Below are positions 15,104 to 28,715 of a DNA stretch of 64,000 nucleotides, in pieces. The position numbers and the translations under genes are program-made. The stretch covers positions 315,704,001 through 315,768,000 of the forward strand of contig OZ024742.1 in NCBI GenBank assembly GCA_964016885.1, read 5' to 3'. Every line of letters starts with the position of its first letter. Position 1 is the stretch's first letter. The notes beneath the pieces were generated by a model that was not told the DNA's origin, made no database searches, and saw only the letters and a program-made list of their open reading frames with translations. The stretch is from Eledone cirrhosa (lineage: Eukaryota).

Positions 15104-17262
15104 TCATCATCATCATCATCATCAACGTTTAACGTCCGTGTTCCACGCTTGCATGGGTTTGGACGGGGGTAGTCCCACTTGAGGCCAGAGTGATTGTCTT
15201 GCTCGCATAGGACTGTCTGGCAGGTTTTCTACAGTTGGATGCCCTTCCTAACACCAACCACATTTACAGTGTGGGTCTGGGAGGTTTTTACCGTGTTGCC
15301 TACACGGCCACATTACAGCGTGGACTGTGTGTTTTTTTGTCATGACACCTACACGATCTCGTTTGTTTCGGCCTGGATGGCGCGGCACCAACATAACTTT
15401 ACATGGAACGGGGTGGTGTGGATGGGGTGGGGGTGGTGGCGGGACGGGGTGTAGTTTGTTAGAGATGCCTACTGGCAAGGCGGGTCTTCTCTGTTACTGA
15501 GTACCGCCAAAGGTCACGGTCCAGTGACATTGTCTTGGAGAGGTGTAAGTGTATGAGGTCGGAGTTTATCAGCTCATCCCATGTTTTTCTAGGTCTGCCT
15601 ATTCCGTGGCTACCGTCTATCTTTATTGCCCTGCACTTTGTAATACAGCTATCGACTTTCATGCGCATCACGTGTCCATACCAACGCAGCCTTCTCTCGA
15701 GTAAACAACATCTGATCCCTCTTATCTCTAATTTTTTCCTTAGTTCGTTTATGCTTTGCCGTTCACGTATATTACTGTTACACATCCAGCGGAGCATGCA
15801 AGCTTCGTTCCTCTCTAGTCTGCGTATATCCTCTGCACACAATGCCCAGGTCTCACTACCATGCAACATTGCTGTTCGTATGCAGGCATCGTACAACCTG
15901 CCTTTCATTTTTAGGGAGAACCCTTTAGCAGCTAATAGTGGTATAAGCTCTCTGAACTTTTTCCAACCAGTTCTGACTCTAGCTACAGTACTTTCAGAGC
16001 ACCCTCCCCCACTGCTGATTTTATCGCCCAGGTAACGGAAACTGTCCACTATTTCTATAGAACCCTCTGCGCAATTGAAAGAGCTAGTATTTTGTGGGCA
16101 CTTGCTGCTACTTATTGCACCAGAACATCGGCCACATGTAAAGTCTATGTTCTTAGTTAGCTTACCTGTGATCCCACTACATCTTTTATGCACCCATACT
16201 TTGCATTTAGGACATAAGATGGAGTTTCTACCTACGCCTTTCCTACATACCGAGCACGACCATTTCCCAGAAGGGACCGCCGCCTTGTTTTCTTTCCTAC
16301 AAACTAGAACTTTGGTCTTAGCCAGGTTAATTTTAAGTCCTTTTGACTCTAGGCCGTGCTTCCATGTTTGGAATTTCTTCTCTAGCTCGGCCATTGATTC
16401 CGCTATGAGTGTCAGGTCGTCTGCGTATAGGAGTTCCCATGGGCAGCCTGTCTTGAACTCCTCTGTTATAGCCTGAAGGGCAATAATAAATAGTAGGGGG
16501 CTGAGAACAGAGCCCTGATGGACGCCAACTTTTACGCTAAACTCTTCACTATATTCGTTGTTAATTCTAACCTTGCTGACTGTTTCTTTATACATGGCTT
16601 GTATAGCCCTCACAAGCCATTCGTCAACGCCTAGTTTTCTAAGAGCCCACCAGATAATGGAGCGGGGGACTCTGTCGAAGGCTTTCTCCAGGTCGACAAA
16701 AGCTAAGTAGAGGGGTTTACCTTTAGCTAGGTACTTCTCCTGTAGTTGTCGTACTATGAAAAGAGCGTCTGTGGTGCTTTTGCCTGACACAAACCCGAAC
16801 TGCATTTCATCTAGATCAATTCTCTCTCTGATTAGTTGCGCTATTACTTTTTCCGTGACCTTCATGACCTGGTCGATTAATTTAATGCCTCTATAGTTAC
16901 TCCTATCTAGGGCGTCTCCTTTACCCTTATAACAGTTAACGATGATGCTGCTATGCCAGTCCTTCGGAACAACCCCATTCTGTACGACTTGGTTAACTAT
17001 GCGGGTGACCATGGTGTGTCCCACCGTGCCAGATGCCTTCAGCATCTCAGCAACTATTTCCGAAGGCCCAGCCGCCTTACCAGTCTTCATATCCTTGATT
17101 GCCTTACTTATTATACTCCCCTCGACTAACACTGCTGGTCCCTCTATCGGGTCGATATGGGGGAGACTGTCTTTCTCCCATTTATTCTCCTCATTTAGTA
17201 GCCTTTCATAGTGACACTTCCAAGCTACCTTCTTATCAGTGTCGGTGATGGCAAGTATGTGA
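15104..17262 (-). mobile_element. RTE-clade LINE, 5'-truncated, with 3' UTR and (GAT)n tail
   Basis: Open RT ORF, RTE-type 3' UTR, and (TCA)n at 15104-15124. Confidence 0.92.
15459..17262 (-). pseudogene. Reverse transcriptase ORF of the RTE LINE (no endonuclease, no true start)
   Basis: KAAGPS, NYRGIKL, FVDLEKAFDRVP, GVHQGSVLSP, LYADD, FRYLG, RLRWYGHV, GRPRKTW. About 600 aa without a stop. Confidence 0.92.
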
Positions 17263-17754
17263 TGGCATATATATATATATATGTATATACACACACACAC
17301 GTGTGTGTGTTTGTGCTTTTTTTTAGAAATTTAAGATCGGCTCTCATCTTTTCTTCTTTCTCTCTGTCTGACACTTTCCATTTCACAACAGGTCGAACTA
17401 ACAAGTGCTTTTGATTCATTCAGTGATAGAAAGGAAGGTTTATCGGTCATACAATAACAACGTTTCAGTAAGATACAGGTGCAGCCAACTCATAATATTA
17501 TAAAATTAAATCAAATTGTTTAGAACTTTTGACCCACTGACGTAATTTTTTAATCCCGAGTCAGCACTCTAGGCACAAAAAGATTTTAATTTTTACTTTT
17601 CTGCTTGCATGGCAACAGAAAATTTGTTTGTTGATATGGGATCAGTCCATGAAAACTGCATATCAGCCCCTCTGTAACACATCAAGCTTTCCTGACTACA
17701 CTATCAAAGAGGAGATAAAACGAAAGCTTAAAAAAGAAATATTAACTTACTAAT

Positions 17755-17985
17755 TCTCCAAGTACCGGTCACTCTCCGACAGGTTTGCGGTCGTGCCCTT
17801 GGCAGTGGAAACTTCTGGTGTCCTTGGTCCTAGGGCTACCTTCCTACTCACGACCATAAGCGTTGAGCTGGCCAGCCGCAGGTGTGTTCCTCGCGAGATG
17901 GAATGGCTCTTCCAGCGCATCTCCCTTACCATCCTCCGGGGAAACGCCTTCTCCATTCTGTCCGCCGGGGCTGTGGGGAGGCCAG
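17755..17985 (+). mobile_element. CRE-type LINE short 3' fragment
   Basis: Clear nucleotide similarity to 11665-11890 (KYRSLSDRFAVVPLAVETSG...RGNAFSIL). Confidence 0.85.
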
Positions 17986-18324
17986 CACGTGGGACCCCAT
18001 TTGCTCACTATAAAGAGAGATGGGGGCGACGACGGTGGGAGTTCGGCTCTTCCGTGTTCGGACACATTGTATCTGCCATGTGGATCATGGAACACAACTA
18101 TTACTACAGCTCTTAGCATGTTCTAATTAGAAGATTAAAAACTGTTCAGCTGTTCATGTGACCTTTCCCTGTTTGACTTATTAACGCATACATACATCAT
18201 GTTATATTTGTTTTCTGCAACTATATAGTACATACGTATCGATCGACAAGTTCCCAGATCTCATTCGCCTAACCACATGAGGTAGAACTCGTTAAATCTG
18301 ACTAAGGAAGCAATATTTCCTATT

Positions 18325-18420
18325 AAGGCGCTTGGCTTGGTGTTTAGAGAATTGGATTTGCAATCATGAGATTGTGAGTTCGATTTTCTGAAGCAAGACA
18401 CCTTATCTTACGTTGCTCTT
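18325..18420 (+). mobile_element. Decayed SINE family A head
   Basis: AAGGCGCTTGGCTTGGTG...GAGTTCGATT...GCAAGACAC...CGTTGCTC. Confidence 0.6.
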
Positions 18421-19922
18421 TCTGTCAGGAGTTGCGATCGGTAGATAGTTTCAGCAGTGGAAAAAGCAATGGTAAAATTATTTCCTTGGTCTGAGTTGAC
18501 GAGTTCCACCCAACTCGGTTAGAGAATGAGGCTTGAGATCTTGTCTGTCGATTTGATCACACCGTATGAACGTTATTCGTGAATTATACATCTTTCATGT
18601 GCATTTCTTCTTCTTTGCATGTTGTTGCTATTTCCAACCTGCATTTATCAATACTATGACCAATATCTTTGGTTTTGATAGCTTAGTACCTCGACGGTAT
18701 TTGAACTCAGAACATAGCCAGTACATATTCTATCTGACCTTCTATTGTCTCTACCAGTTCTTGGCCTGAGTGATATAATTACACATACACACACTCTTTC
18801 TCTCCTACACACTTACATACATGCATACAGGCATACATATATACATATAGATATATATACATGCATACATACATATGTACATACATACAAACATACATGC
18901 AAACATACATATGCATGCATACATACATATATGATGGCTGCCCCCTCGTTATCGAGTATGGCCATTGCACGATATAACATTAATAATTATCAATTAATGC
19001 TCTCATGCAATGCCTGTGCGTGAAGATTTTTTTTCAAAATGAGGAAATACTGTGCACTGAGCCAATCCCACTCTCTCTGCGACAGTAGCTATAACCCGAA
19101 AAGAAGTAAAGATCAACATCATTGGTAACTACTGAGCCACAGGTTTTATGTCGGAGTTATCCCAGTTTCCTGAGTTGCCTTCTCCTAGAAGAATGCTATG
19201 ACAAAGGCTAGGGGTCCTTCACTCCCAGTGGATTAACCGCGCGATCGAGTATCCAGCCCAACTATTTCTATGTCCCCGCGCATATACATACATACATACA
19301 TATGTACACATGCATATACATATATATATATATATATGTACATATATACATACATACAATCATACATATACTTGCACACACACACACACACATACATACG
19401 CACCCACGATCAAACAAACAAATACAGACACACATACACACGTAAATAATTTGCATAAAGCGAACCCCTTCCTGATTACAAAATATGTTTAGAAAGCAAC
19501 GCCATTTTTCTTTTTCTAATATTTTCTGTATTTCTTTCTTAATCGTTCTTCATGTTTCGTAAAGTATAACTCACAAATCGTGAATCATAATAACAAACTA
19601 ATGCCAGACACTAATGGCCAAGCTATTTGTAGCTTGCTGAAAGAAACCTGATCCTAAATGAGCAGATAAATAATTCCCAGTTGTGATAACGAATGAGAAA
19701 CACACACACGCAACAATGTTCGATAGTTCTTGCCGGAAAGGTCGCCACTACAAGTAATTCTCTCAGAGTGTAAGTCCGTGGAGGAAGAGAGTTGTCAAAT
19801 GTCGATAGATCTTAGAAATCCAATATGGAAATATGAAAATCCAATATCATTATTATGACAATATTTATTATTATGAAAATATTAACATTGTTATTATGAA
19901 AATATTAACATTATTATTATTA

Positions 19923-20505
19923 TAGAGGGTCGGGCGGCATGCTTTGAAGCATAGAGTTACCTCCCTTTATGATCTGAGTTCAAATCCCGCCGAGGTTAAC
20001 TTTGCCTTTCATCCTTATGGGGTCGATAAAATAAAGTACCAGTAATGCACTGGGATAATTGCTGGCCTGGTGCCAAAAGTAGAAACAATTATTATTATGG
20101 CAGTATCGGTAGAGGGTCGGACGTTATGCATTGCAGCATACAGTTACAGCCCTTTACGGTCTGAGTTCAAATCTCATCGAGGTTAACTTTACCTTTCATT
20201 CTTACGGGGTCCATAAAATAAAGTACCAGTAATGCACTGAGGTAATTGCTTGCCTTGTGCCAAAAGTAGAAACAATTATTATTATGGCAGAATCAGACGT
20301 AGAGCGTCGGGCAACATGCTTAGTGACATAGAGTTATGGCCCTTTACGTTCTGATTTCAAATCCCACCGAGATTAGCTTTGCCTTTCATCATTCCAGGGT
20401 CGATAAAATAAAGTATCAGTAATGCACTAGAGCCGATTTAAGCGATTTTCCTTTTCCCTCAAAATTGTTGACATTGTGCCTAAATTAGAAAACCATTATT
20501 ATTAT
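19923..20505 (+). mobile_element. Three head-to-tail SINE B copies separated by (TTA)n
   Basis: The core GAGTTCAAAT...CCTTTCAT...AAAGTACCAG is repeated at about 19976, 20163 and 20353. Confidence 0.85.
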
Positions 20506-20954
20506 TTTCTTCTTTTGTTAAAGAGTTAAAAGAAAGAAGCATGACGTCAGATGGACCCAAGGAAATTATTATTCTATTGGCCTTTCTATTGTTGATATTA
20601 TCTGTTGTGTCAAATATGGTGGACCATTATATTGTTTTGCTCAGAAGTAGGAGGTATGCAACACTCTCGACATTACTGGCATCTTGAGGTTCACTATAAG
20701 CTCTAGTGTGCCATTTTAGGCCACCAGAGGATATGCATTCTTTATCACAAGTATTGTATGTGTATGTTGCCTTTCAAGCCATGGTAATTTGGTAATCCAC
20801 GGAAGCTCTATAGTCATGGCAGTAAAGATGAATTTTATTGCCAGCTTTGTTAAAGTAGAATCTGTTACAGATTTCGCATGTTAGATCACCAGCTTATTGT
20901 GGTAATTCGACAGTAAGACTCTCTTTGATACCCATTTTAAATTTCTCAGGTTGT

Positions 20955-21105
20955 ATCCGAGATGACTCGAAAATCCTTTTCTTGGTAAATTATCTTTCTC
21001 CATTTACTTCTATCAGAAGCATCAGTTTCCTATTTTGCAGTATCTATGTTAACACATGTAAGTGACTCTTTAAGGCGGACCTTATAACTCTTCCTGGGTT
21101 TGTGA
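20955..21105 (-). mobile_element. Old RTE/BovB-like C-terminal remnant
   Basis: The minus strand translates as PRKSYKVRLKESLTCVNID...ETDASDRSKWRK. Confidence 0.5.
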
Positions 21106-21149
21106 TGTGGTCGATTTCCACTGGTCAGTTTTCCATATAACACCCCCTT

Positions 21150-21584
21150 GGAAAGTTGGCTGTCATCCATGCTTACCACGTGACTACTCCACCCCAGTCT
21201 GTTTTCGGGACCAGAAATTCGATGCTTTCCCAGTGCGTTATCTCAAGAACCTCCGTGTCACTTACGTGGCGTCTCCACTTATTTCCAGCAACCCTTTTGA
21301 GACATATTTCGTAAAACCTCCCCAATGGAACATCTCTTAGCAGAAAGGACTGGGTAACCCTAAACAGGGCCAGAGCCAAAACGGGCAAAATTGGAGACAA
21401 CCTCCACAAGTGAGGATTGGCCACCTGCGCTGAGTGCCCCTGCGGCGAGACCTCCCAGACCATATCCCACATCCTCCGTGGGTGCTCACTGGGACCCACA
21501 TGCTCCGATCAAGACCTGATGGAAGCAAACGACGCTGCACTTCAATGGATACGGCATTGGCGCGACAAGATATGATGATGATGA
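21150..21584 (+). mobile_element. Vingi/Ingi-like LINE 3' fragment with (TGA)n tail
   Basis: Translates RKDWVTLNRARAKTG...LHK*GL..CAECPCGETSQTISHILRGC...DL...ALQWIRHWRDKI*, followed directly by TGATGATGATGA. Confidence 0.7.
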
Positions 21585-22022
21585 CCAAGCCCTCACCTCC
21601 CAGACACCGGCAGCACTTCATTGCAGGACACAGCACCATTGATGGCTAAAGAATTTCTACTGCTCCTGTCTATACTGTACGATCTGACTGAGTGAGGAAA
21701 TTACTAGCGGTGTTTCTTTGTCATGTACCTTTCACGTAATTCCGAAGCTGAATGAGCATAAATGATATGTGACGTAACTGAACATTACAGATACAATTGT
21801 TCGGTCGGACTTCCATACAGTTTCTGTCTACCTGATTACACTCACAAGCTTGAGGCTATGGTGAAGATATTTGCTCAAGATATCTCGCAGTGAGACCTCA
21901 CATGATTATGAAGTGAATTACTTAACCCTTCAGCCATACATACATACATGCATACATACATACATGATGATGGCTGCCCTCTCATTATCGAGTATGGCCA
22001 TTGCACGATATACCATTATTAA

Positions 22023-22195
22023 TAATTGTTTCTACTTTAGGCACAAGGCCAGCAATTACTCAGTGCATTACAGGTACATTATTTTATCGACCCGGTAAGG
22101 ATGAAAGGCAAAGTCAACCTCGGCGGGATTTGAACTCAGATCGTAAAGGGACGTAACTATGCTGGAAAACATGGCGTCCGACCGATACTGCCATT
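22023..22195 (-). mobile_element. SINE B inserted into a decayed RTE-derived element (21966-22430; a relative lies at 18933-19230)
   Basis: The flanks join to match 18933-19225. Confidence 0.7.
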
Positions 22196-22517
22196 ATTGG
22201 CATTGGATTGGCATTATTAATAATTATTAATTTATTCTATCGTGCAATGCCTGTGCGTGAAGATATTTTTTAAAGTGAAGAAAGACTGTGCACTGAGCCA
22301 ATCCCACTCTCTGGGCGACAGTAACTATATTCCGAAAAGAAGAAAAGGTTTTATATCGGAGTTATACCAGTTTCCTGAGTTGCCTTCTCCTAGAAGAATG
22401 CTCTGACAAATGCTAGGGGTCCTTCACTCACATACATACATACATACATTCATACATACATACATACATACATACATACATACATACATACATACATACA
22501 TACATACATACATACAT

Positions 22518-23118
22518 GGTGGCTGCCAACTCGTTTTCGAGTACGGCCACTACTTTATATCCATGTAGGAGAACCCCTAGCAATGCGCTGAACGAGTGTG
22601 ACTTTTTAGTCCAGCCAGCGACTTAAAAACTCTGGTACAAACGCTACACTTGTGACAATTATTGACACATAGTGCTGGGCCCATGGTACCATGTGACGAC
22701 AAGTGCAGATAGATCTCCAGATATAAAGCAATGCCTGTGCCGTGAAGCTTTTATAGTGAGCAAAGGCACTGCACAAAGCCAATCCCACTCTCTTAACCAA
22801 GATGATATTTACCAAAAAGAAGAACAAGTCAACATCATTGGATACCATCAGGGTTGCAAGTGTTATATCAGAGTTTTCCTTCTCCTAGAATTCTGCCTTG
22901 ACAAAGGCTAAGGGGTGATCTCTCCCGGTGATTTTGGATGGCCATTGACTCTTAAGAGCTCCTTTGACAGGTTTTGTTTTTAGTCCTGCAGGATGTCCAA
23001 AGTCACCCTCCTCACCAAGAAACCTTGGTGGGGTTGCCAGTTTAGTCGCCAACGACCCGACCATGAGACAGGTTGTACTGGGATACATGTTACCAGTAGC
23101 ACCAACTGGTGACCTGAC
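22518..23118 (-). mobile_element. ~600-bp non-autonomous RTE-derived element in (TACA)n
   Basis: Has the RTE-like 5' UTR motif GGAGAAGGAAAACTCTGAT and a terminal C2H2 remnant, with no RT. Near-identical to 31143-31741. Confidence 0.75.
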
Positions 23119-23184
23119 ATACATACATACATACATACATACATACATACATACATACATACATACATACATACATACATACAT

Positions 23185-23593
23185 GGTGGCTGTCAACTCG
23201 TTTTCGAGTACGGCCACTACTTTATATCCATGTAGGAGAACCCCTACCGATGCACTGAACGAGTGTGATTTTTAAGTCCAGCCAGCGACTTGAAAACTCT
23301 GGTACAAACACTACACTTATGACAATTATTGACACAGTGCAGGGCCCATGGTACCATGTGACGACAAGTGCAGAGAGATCTCCAGATATAAAGCAATGCC
23401 TGTGCCGCGAAGCTTTTATAGTGAGCAAAGGCAATGCACAAAGCCAGTCCCACTCTCTTAACCAAGATGATATTTACCAAAAAGAAGAACGAGTCAACAT
23501 CATTGGATACCATCAGGGCTGCAGATGTTATATCAGAGTTTTCCTTCTCCTAGAATTCTGCCTTGACAAAGGCTAAGGGGTCATCTCTTCCGA
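23185..23593 (-). mobile_element. 5'-truncated copy of the same RTE-derived element
   Basis: Direct similarity to 22518-22928. Encodes CSVCTRVFKSLAGLKNHTRSVH. Confidence 0.8.
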
Positions 23594-23623
23594 CATACAT
23601 ACATACATACATACATACATACA

Positions 23624-23654
<31 letters not shown>

Positions 23655-24199
23655 GCAGTCAACGCGATCAGTCGCATATTTTGGCGTGGGAGACTATTTA
23701 TTAAATTTAAGATGAATACTATCTCCGACAGTAATGCCACAACTACAGTCATGTTGAATAACTGGTTATTCTTCTAACTATATCTTCTGAAGACACCTTT
23801 TATTCGAATTCGTAGAGATATCCGACTAAATACATAATTCATTTTACAAGGATTTGCTACAAACAACATGGCTGAACACAACATCAACAACAAAATTAAG
23901 GAAGTACCGAAGACAAATAACAAGGAAGGTAAACAAACTTTATTCAGTTGTAGCTACAGAAGAAACCGAAATTATAAATGGCATGTCTCTTGGAGTTGCG
24001 AACTTAATAATGATTTATTTAATTGTTATAAAATGGCAAAATCAATCCCTCCATTGGCTATATGAACAGAATGAAGTTATGTATGTATGTATGTATGTAT
24101 GTATGTATGTATGTATGTATGTATGTATGTATGTATGTTATCTCTTTCTCTTAATTTCGAGTATATTTTTTTGACCGGCCACCTTCCTGGTGGCATGGT

Positions 24200-27100
24200 T
24201 GTAAAAGAAAAGAAATTGTTTTGCAAATTTTGAAGGTGCCAGCTATCGCAGCCATTTGTAGACTATGAATTAGGGAGCTGCGCTCTTTGTTCGCAAATCC
24301 AAGTTCAGTCATACTTTGGTCCAAGCGGGTTGGTATATAACCCGTAGCTCCAATAATGATGGGTATGAAGCTGAAGGTGTATCTTGGATACTGGATTTGT
24401 AAACTCCTCATCAATGGTCCGTAGATGTCCTCCTTCTCCTGTATTTTTCTGACAACATTTACATCAATTGGGCAGCTGATCTCCACAACAGAACACGTTT
24501 TCAATGTGTGGTCCCAAACAACAATATCAGGCCGGTTGTGCTTTAATTTGGTGGCAGTTTTTATTTTCAGGTTCCACCAGTATTCCTTAGTTCCATCTGT
24601 CTCAATATATTCTTGCTCGTTTGTTAATTTTGTTTTCCGAAGTGCGTTCCAGATGGTTCTAGCTATCCCATCGTGTCTCATGGGGAGGTAGTAGCGATAT
24701 GACATTCTTTCGCAGCTGGCAACAATGTGGCTTACATCCTCGATCTTTGTTTTACATAGCCTACATTTATTGTCAGCTGATGGCCCTCCCCTTTTGTGCA
24801 GCAGATATTTGGTAGAGAGTTCTTGTTCCTGTATTGCATAGAGATATCCCTCAAGGTGTGATGTCATAAACTTGTCGGAACTCCATGCCAGGCTTTTTGA
24901 GTGGTTTATATTTCTATGGCCTGTGTTTTACGTCTCAAGTATCCATGCACAACTTTTTCTGTAAAATGGTCAATTTTTTCATCTTGTTTGAACATTGAAT
25001 AGGATCTTCCGATTTCTCTGGGTGAGAGATTTATATCAGGTTATATTCCATATCTCTCCTCCAGATCAGTGGCTATTCTAATGATATTTTTCTTTCATGC
25101 TCATAAACCTGGGCAAGATGGTCGCCAACCTTTTTCCTCTGTTGAAGCTGTTGCTTCAGTGTTACTATCCGGGTCTCATATGATGTTAATATGGATTTTA
25201 GACCCCGGCCACCTTCCTTGCGTGAGAAGTATAGCCTATCCACATCACCATTGATGTTAAAGTTCCCAGTAACACTGAGAAGTTACCGAGTTCTAACATC
25301 CATCTCACTTAGTTCTTGCAATGACCAGTTCAGCAGGCCAAATGTTGGCGTTAGAATTGGCACAGCATAAGTATTGTGGGCAATGTATTTGTTGTACGCT
25401 GACACTTCTGATGACCATATTTTCTTTACTCTTTTGAGGTATTCAGTTCTGGTTCTCTCCTTATTTATGGGTCCATCATATCTGACATTCTCATCCTGTC
25501 CAAGATATCTGTAGTTGTCACCTGACCGTAGAGGTTGTATTGTCAGGCCGTTCATCTCTAGATTTCTAGAGGAGGGCACAGCTCTTCCACGTTTTACTGC
25601 CAAATATGCACACTTGGACTCACCAAATTTCATTTTGATGTCTGTTGAAAATTGTGTAATGAGGTCCAATTGTTTCTTGATGTCATTGATATTTGGCCCA
25701 TACAACTTCAGGTCATCAACAAAGAAAAGGTGGGAGATACTTCTGGACCCACTTCTTTGTCCACCTTGTTTCCTGAGTAGGTAAGATAGTGGATTTAGTG
25801 AGAGAACGAAGAAATAGCGCTGACAAGCTATCACTCTGAAAGATGCCCTTCTGGTAATGTATCTTATCAGTCTTAACTTGCTCTTTCTCACCTCTAAGGA
25901 TCAAATTGGTGTACCAGTTCTTGGTCAGACGTTCAACAGCAGCTACTAGTGGTTGTGGGACTTTGATTAACTGTAAAGCCTTAACAATCCACCCATGAGG
26001 TACACTATCAAATGCTTTTTGATAGTCCAGCCACACCACAGTTATGTTTCTGCGATTCTTTGTTGTTTTTTCTTGAATCATTTTATTAGTTAGTAGGTGA
26101 TCTATGCAACCCCACACCTCCCTCTTTCCACCAGCTTGCTCAGGTGTTATGATGTTGTTGGTAGCACAGTGATCCTGTAAGAACAGGTTAAGGCACCCAG
26201 TATATAATTTATACATGATGTTTTGGCAGGCTATTGGGCGGTAATTTTTAGCAAGGGTGGTTTGGCTATTTTGGGGAATGAGGAGAGTAGTGGCAGTTGA
26301 TAACCATCTGGGAAGTTCTTGTGTGCCTTTAATGGTTTCTGTAAACAGCCGTATGAGATCTTGCCGATAGAAAGTGAAATTCTTCAACCAGTACCCTGTA
26401 ATGAGGTCTGGGCCTGGTGATTTCCTATTCGACATTTTCTGTAGAGCTGTTTCCAGTATTGACCCATCTATGTCATATTGTTTTGTCTGGACATGTTGGC
26501 AGTAGTCCTGTTCCAGTTCTTTTAGCCAATTAGTTTGTTTGTTGAATCCGTCATCCGTTTCCCATACAGATCTCCAGTAGCTCTCAACCCGTTCTTTTGA
26601 AAGGGTGTCATTTTCAGAGGTTGAGCTTTTGCCACCGAAGCTGCGATAAACTGATTTAGGATCTCTGGCAAACAATCTATTTAACACTTGTCGTTTATGT
26701 CCTGTTGACTTATATTTTAGTCTTTCTGTTGTAGCTGGGAGTTGTTGTTTCAACTGGTGTAATTTGGAGTTTAAAGTTTTAAATTTTGTATCTCCAAATC
26801 GTCTCTCTAACCTTTTTTTTAGTTCTTCCTGGTATCGTGTGAAGTTTCTCTCTATGTTGCATTTCATAACGACTGCGATGTGTGAGATACTTCGTCTCAG
26901 GGACAAAATTTTGCTTTTTAAATTTCGCATCCACGCTGGTTCAGGCTTCTTGTTTGTATCTTGATTGCGTGGTTTTAGATGTTTGTTATATGATAGCAAT
27001 GTGACAGCTGAAACATATAACCAAAATGTTAAGCGTTTCAAATGTCGTTTCTACACCTTTAGATCGTATAGCCTTCAGATAATTGTCAACTATTTCGTTC

Positions 27101-27950
27101 ACCGCTTCCAATTCCAATTTAGTGGGTTCTTTACTGATTCTGATGTTGTATGGTCTGTCGCTCACATTAAGGCTGTGTATCTCTTGAAACATATCGTTCC
27201 ATATCACTTGTAAGGTGTCCACAAGTTTTTGGTGTTCTGTTTGTTCAGTAGAGTCATGAATTTCAGCCTCGTTGTTGATGTGGTGACAATTACTACTAGA
27301 GTTAGCTGACCTTTCTCGCTGTTCTTCAGTGGAAGTGGGATGGATTTCAGCAAAATTGTTGCTGAGCTGTTCACTGTTAGATTTAGCTGGCCATTATCTT
27401 TGTCTGTCAGTGGAGGTGGGGTGGTTATCTACAAGGGCTGTATTTGTAGTATCACTCAATTCCGTTAGATGTATCAATTTACATCTAATGATACGTTTTG
27501 CCTGTTCATTTAAATGCTTTAGAGAAAAGTCTAATTCTGGGTGTTTGGAGTTCCATAAAGTTTTTAGCCTTTGCATAAAACCGAACTTTTGGGGTTCAGA
27601 TTGTTTGTATGCTTCATATAATTCTTTGTTAAGCTCGTAGCTCCACTGTATACAACGGTTGTAGTTGCGATTTGGTCGAAGGAGACTTGAACGTTTTGCC
27701 ATGATGAGTTCGTCTATTCATTAATATTTTGTATTTATTTTTCAAAATAGTTGATGATCTTCTTTAAAAGTTTCGACAAAGTTCTGTCAGAATCAAATTT
27801 AAAGTTATTCACAGCTTGGGTAATATTTCTTTTGAGTTAGTTTTTAATTCTACAACTGTGTTTTAAACGTTGTTCTTGAATCGTTTGAATCGAGAACAAA
27901 AAAAAACACCGTTACTTAGTATATTTCTTTATGAATGTAATATAATATAA
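24200..27950 (-). mobile_element. R4/Dong-type non-LTR retrotransposon, near full length, frameshifted (RT + CCHC + restriction-like endonuclease)
   Basis: ORF pieces 27394-27702, 25716-27041, 25283-25891 and 24151-24867 carry KSPGPD, NYRPIAC, WLDYQKAFDSVPH, FFVDDLK, YRYLG, CRLC..HIVASC, RHD and HNRPDIVV..EISCP. The 5' boundary is approximate. Confidence 0.9.
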
Positions 27951-28135
27951 CAACGCTGTATATATATGTTAAAGTTTATGTATCATTCATATAAATAGGT
28001 GTTCTACAACATACTCACAGTTCAAACACTTATGTTTATGTATGTATGTATGTATGTATGTATGTATGTATGTATGTATGTATGTATGTATGTATGTATG
28101 TATGTATGTATGTATGTATGTATGCATGTATGTAT

Positions 28136-28715
28136 GTTCTTCTGGTTTTATAATTTCACAAAGTTTTACCAATAGAGTGAGAGTCGGTTTCTAACATAGA
28201 CACAAGACTCTCTCATTGGAATTTACACAACATCAACTAGGTAGATATGTATGTATGCATGCATGTGTAGATATGGATGTTATTGTATGTGTGGATGTGG
28301 ATGTTTTGAGTTGTATGTGTGCATGTGATTATTGGGGCACTGGGGTATGTTAGTAACTGCCTCAATATAAATCTTGAGAAGCTAGACTTCACAGGAACAG
28401 AAAGAACACAACTAGTTAGGAAATTACAAGTACAATCCATTAATGGAACAGTAAAAATATGTAAAACATTCCAAAAATTTTGCATCTAATAACTGCATAT
28501 ACACATGTACAGATGCAAAGCATATACACATGCACACATACAACTCAAAACATCCACATCCACACATACAATAACATCCATATCTACACATGCATGCATA
28601 CATACATATCTACCTAGTTGATGTTGTGTACATTCCAATGAGAGAGTCTTGTGTCTATGTTAGAAACCGACTCTCTCTCTATTGGTAAAACTTTGAAATT
28701 ATAAAACCAGAAGAA
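28136..28715 (+). mobile_element. R4/Dong-type 3' end preceded by an inverted copy of its own 3' UTR
   Basis: 28327-28490 encodes IIGALGYV...GTVKICKTFQKFCI*. 28136-28326 is the reverse complement of 28527-28715. Confidence 0.85.

Noticed and set aside
23780-23821. Hammerhead (ATATCTT-CTGAAGA...GTA/GAGATAT)
   Set aside because: Stem I pairs, but GAAA reads GAAT and stem II is poor. At best a decayed relic.
23868-23935. Possible host first exon (MAEHNINNKIKEVPK..., GT donor)
   Set aside because: Short, with a weak donor and no recognisable domain or partner exons. Host exons cannot be excluded without RNA-seq.
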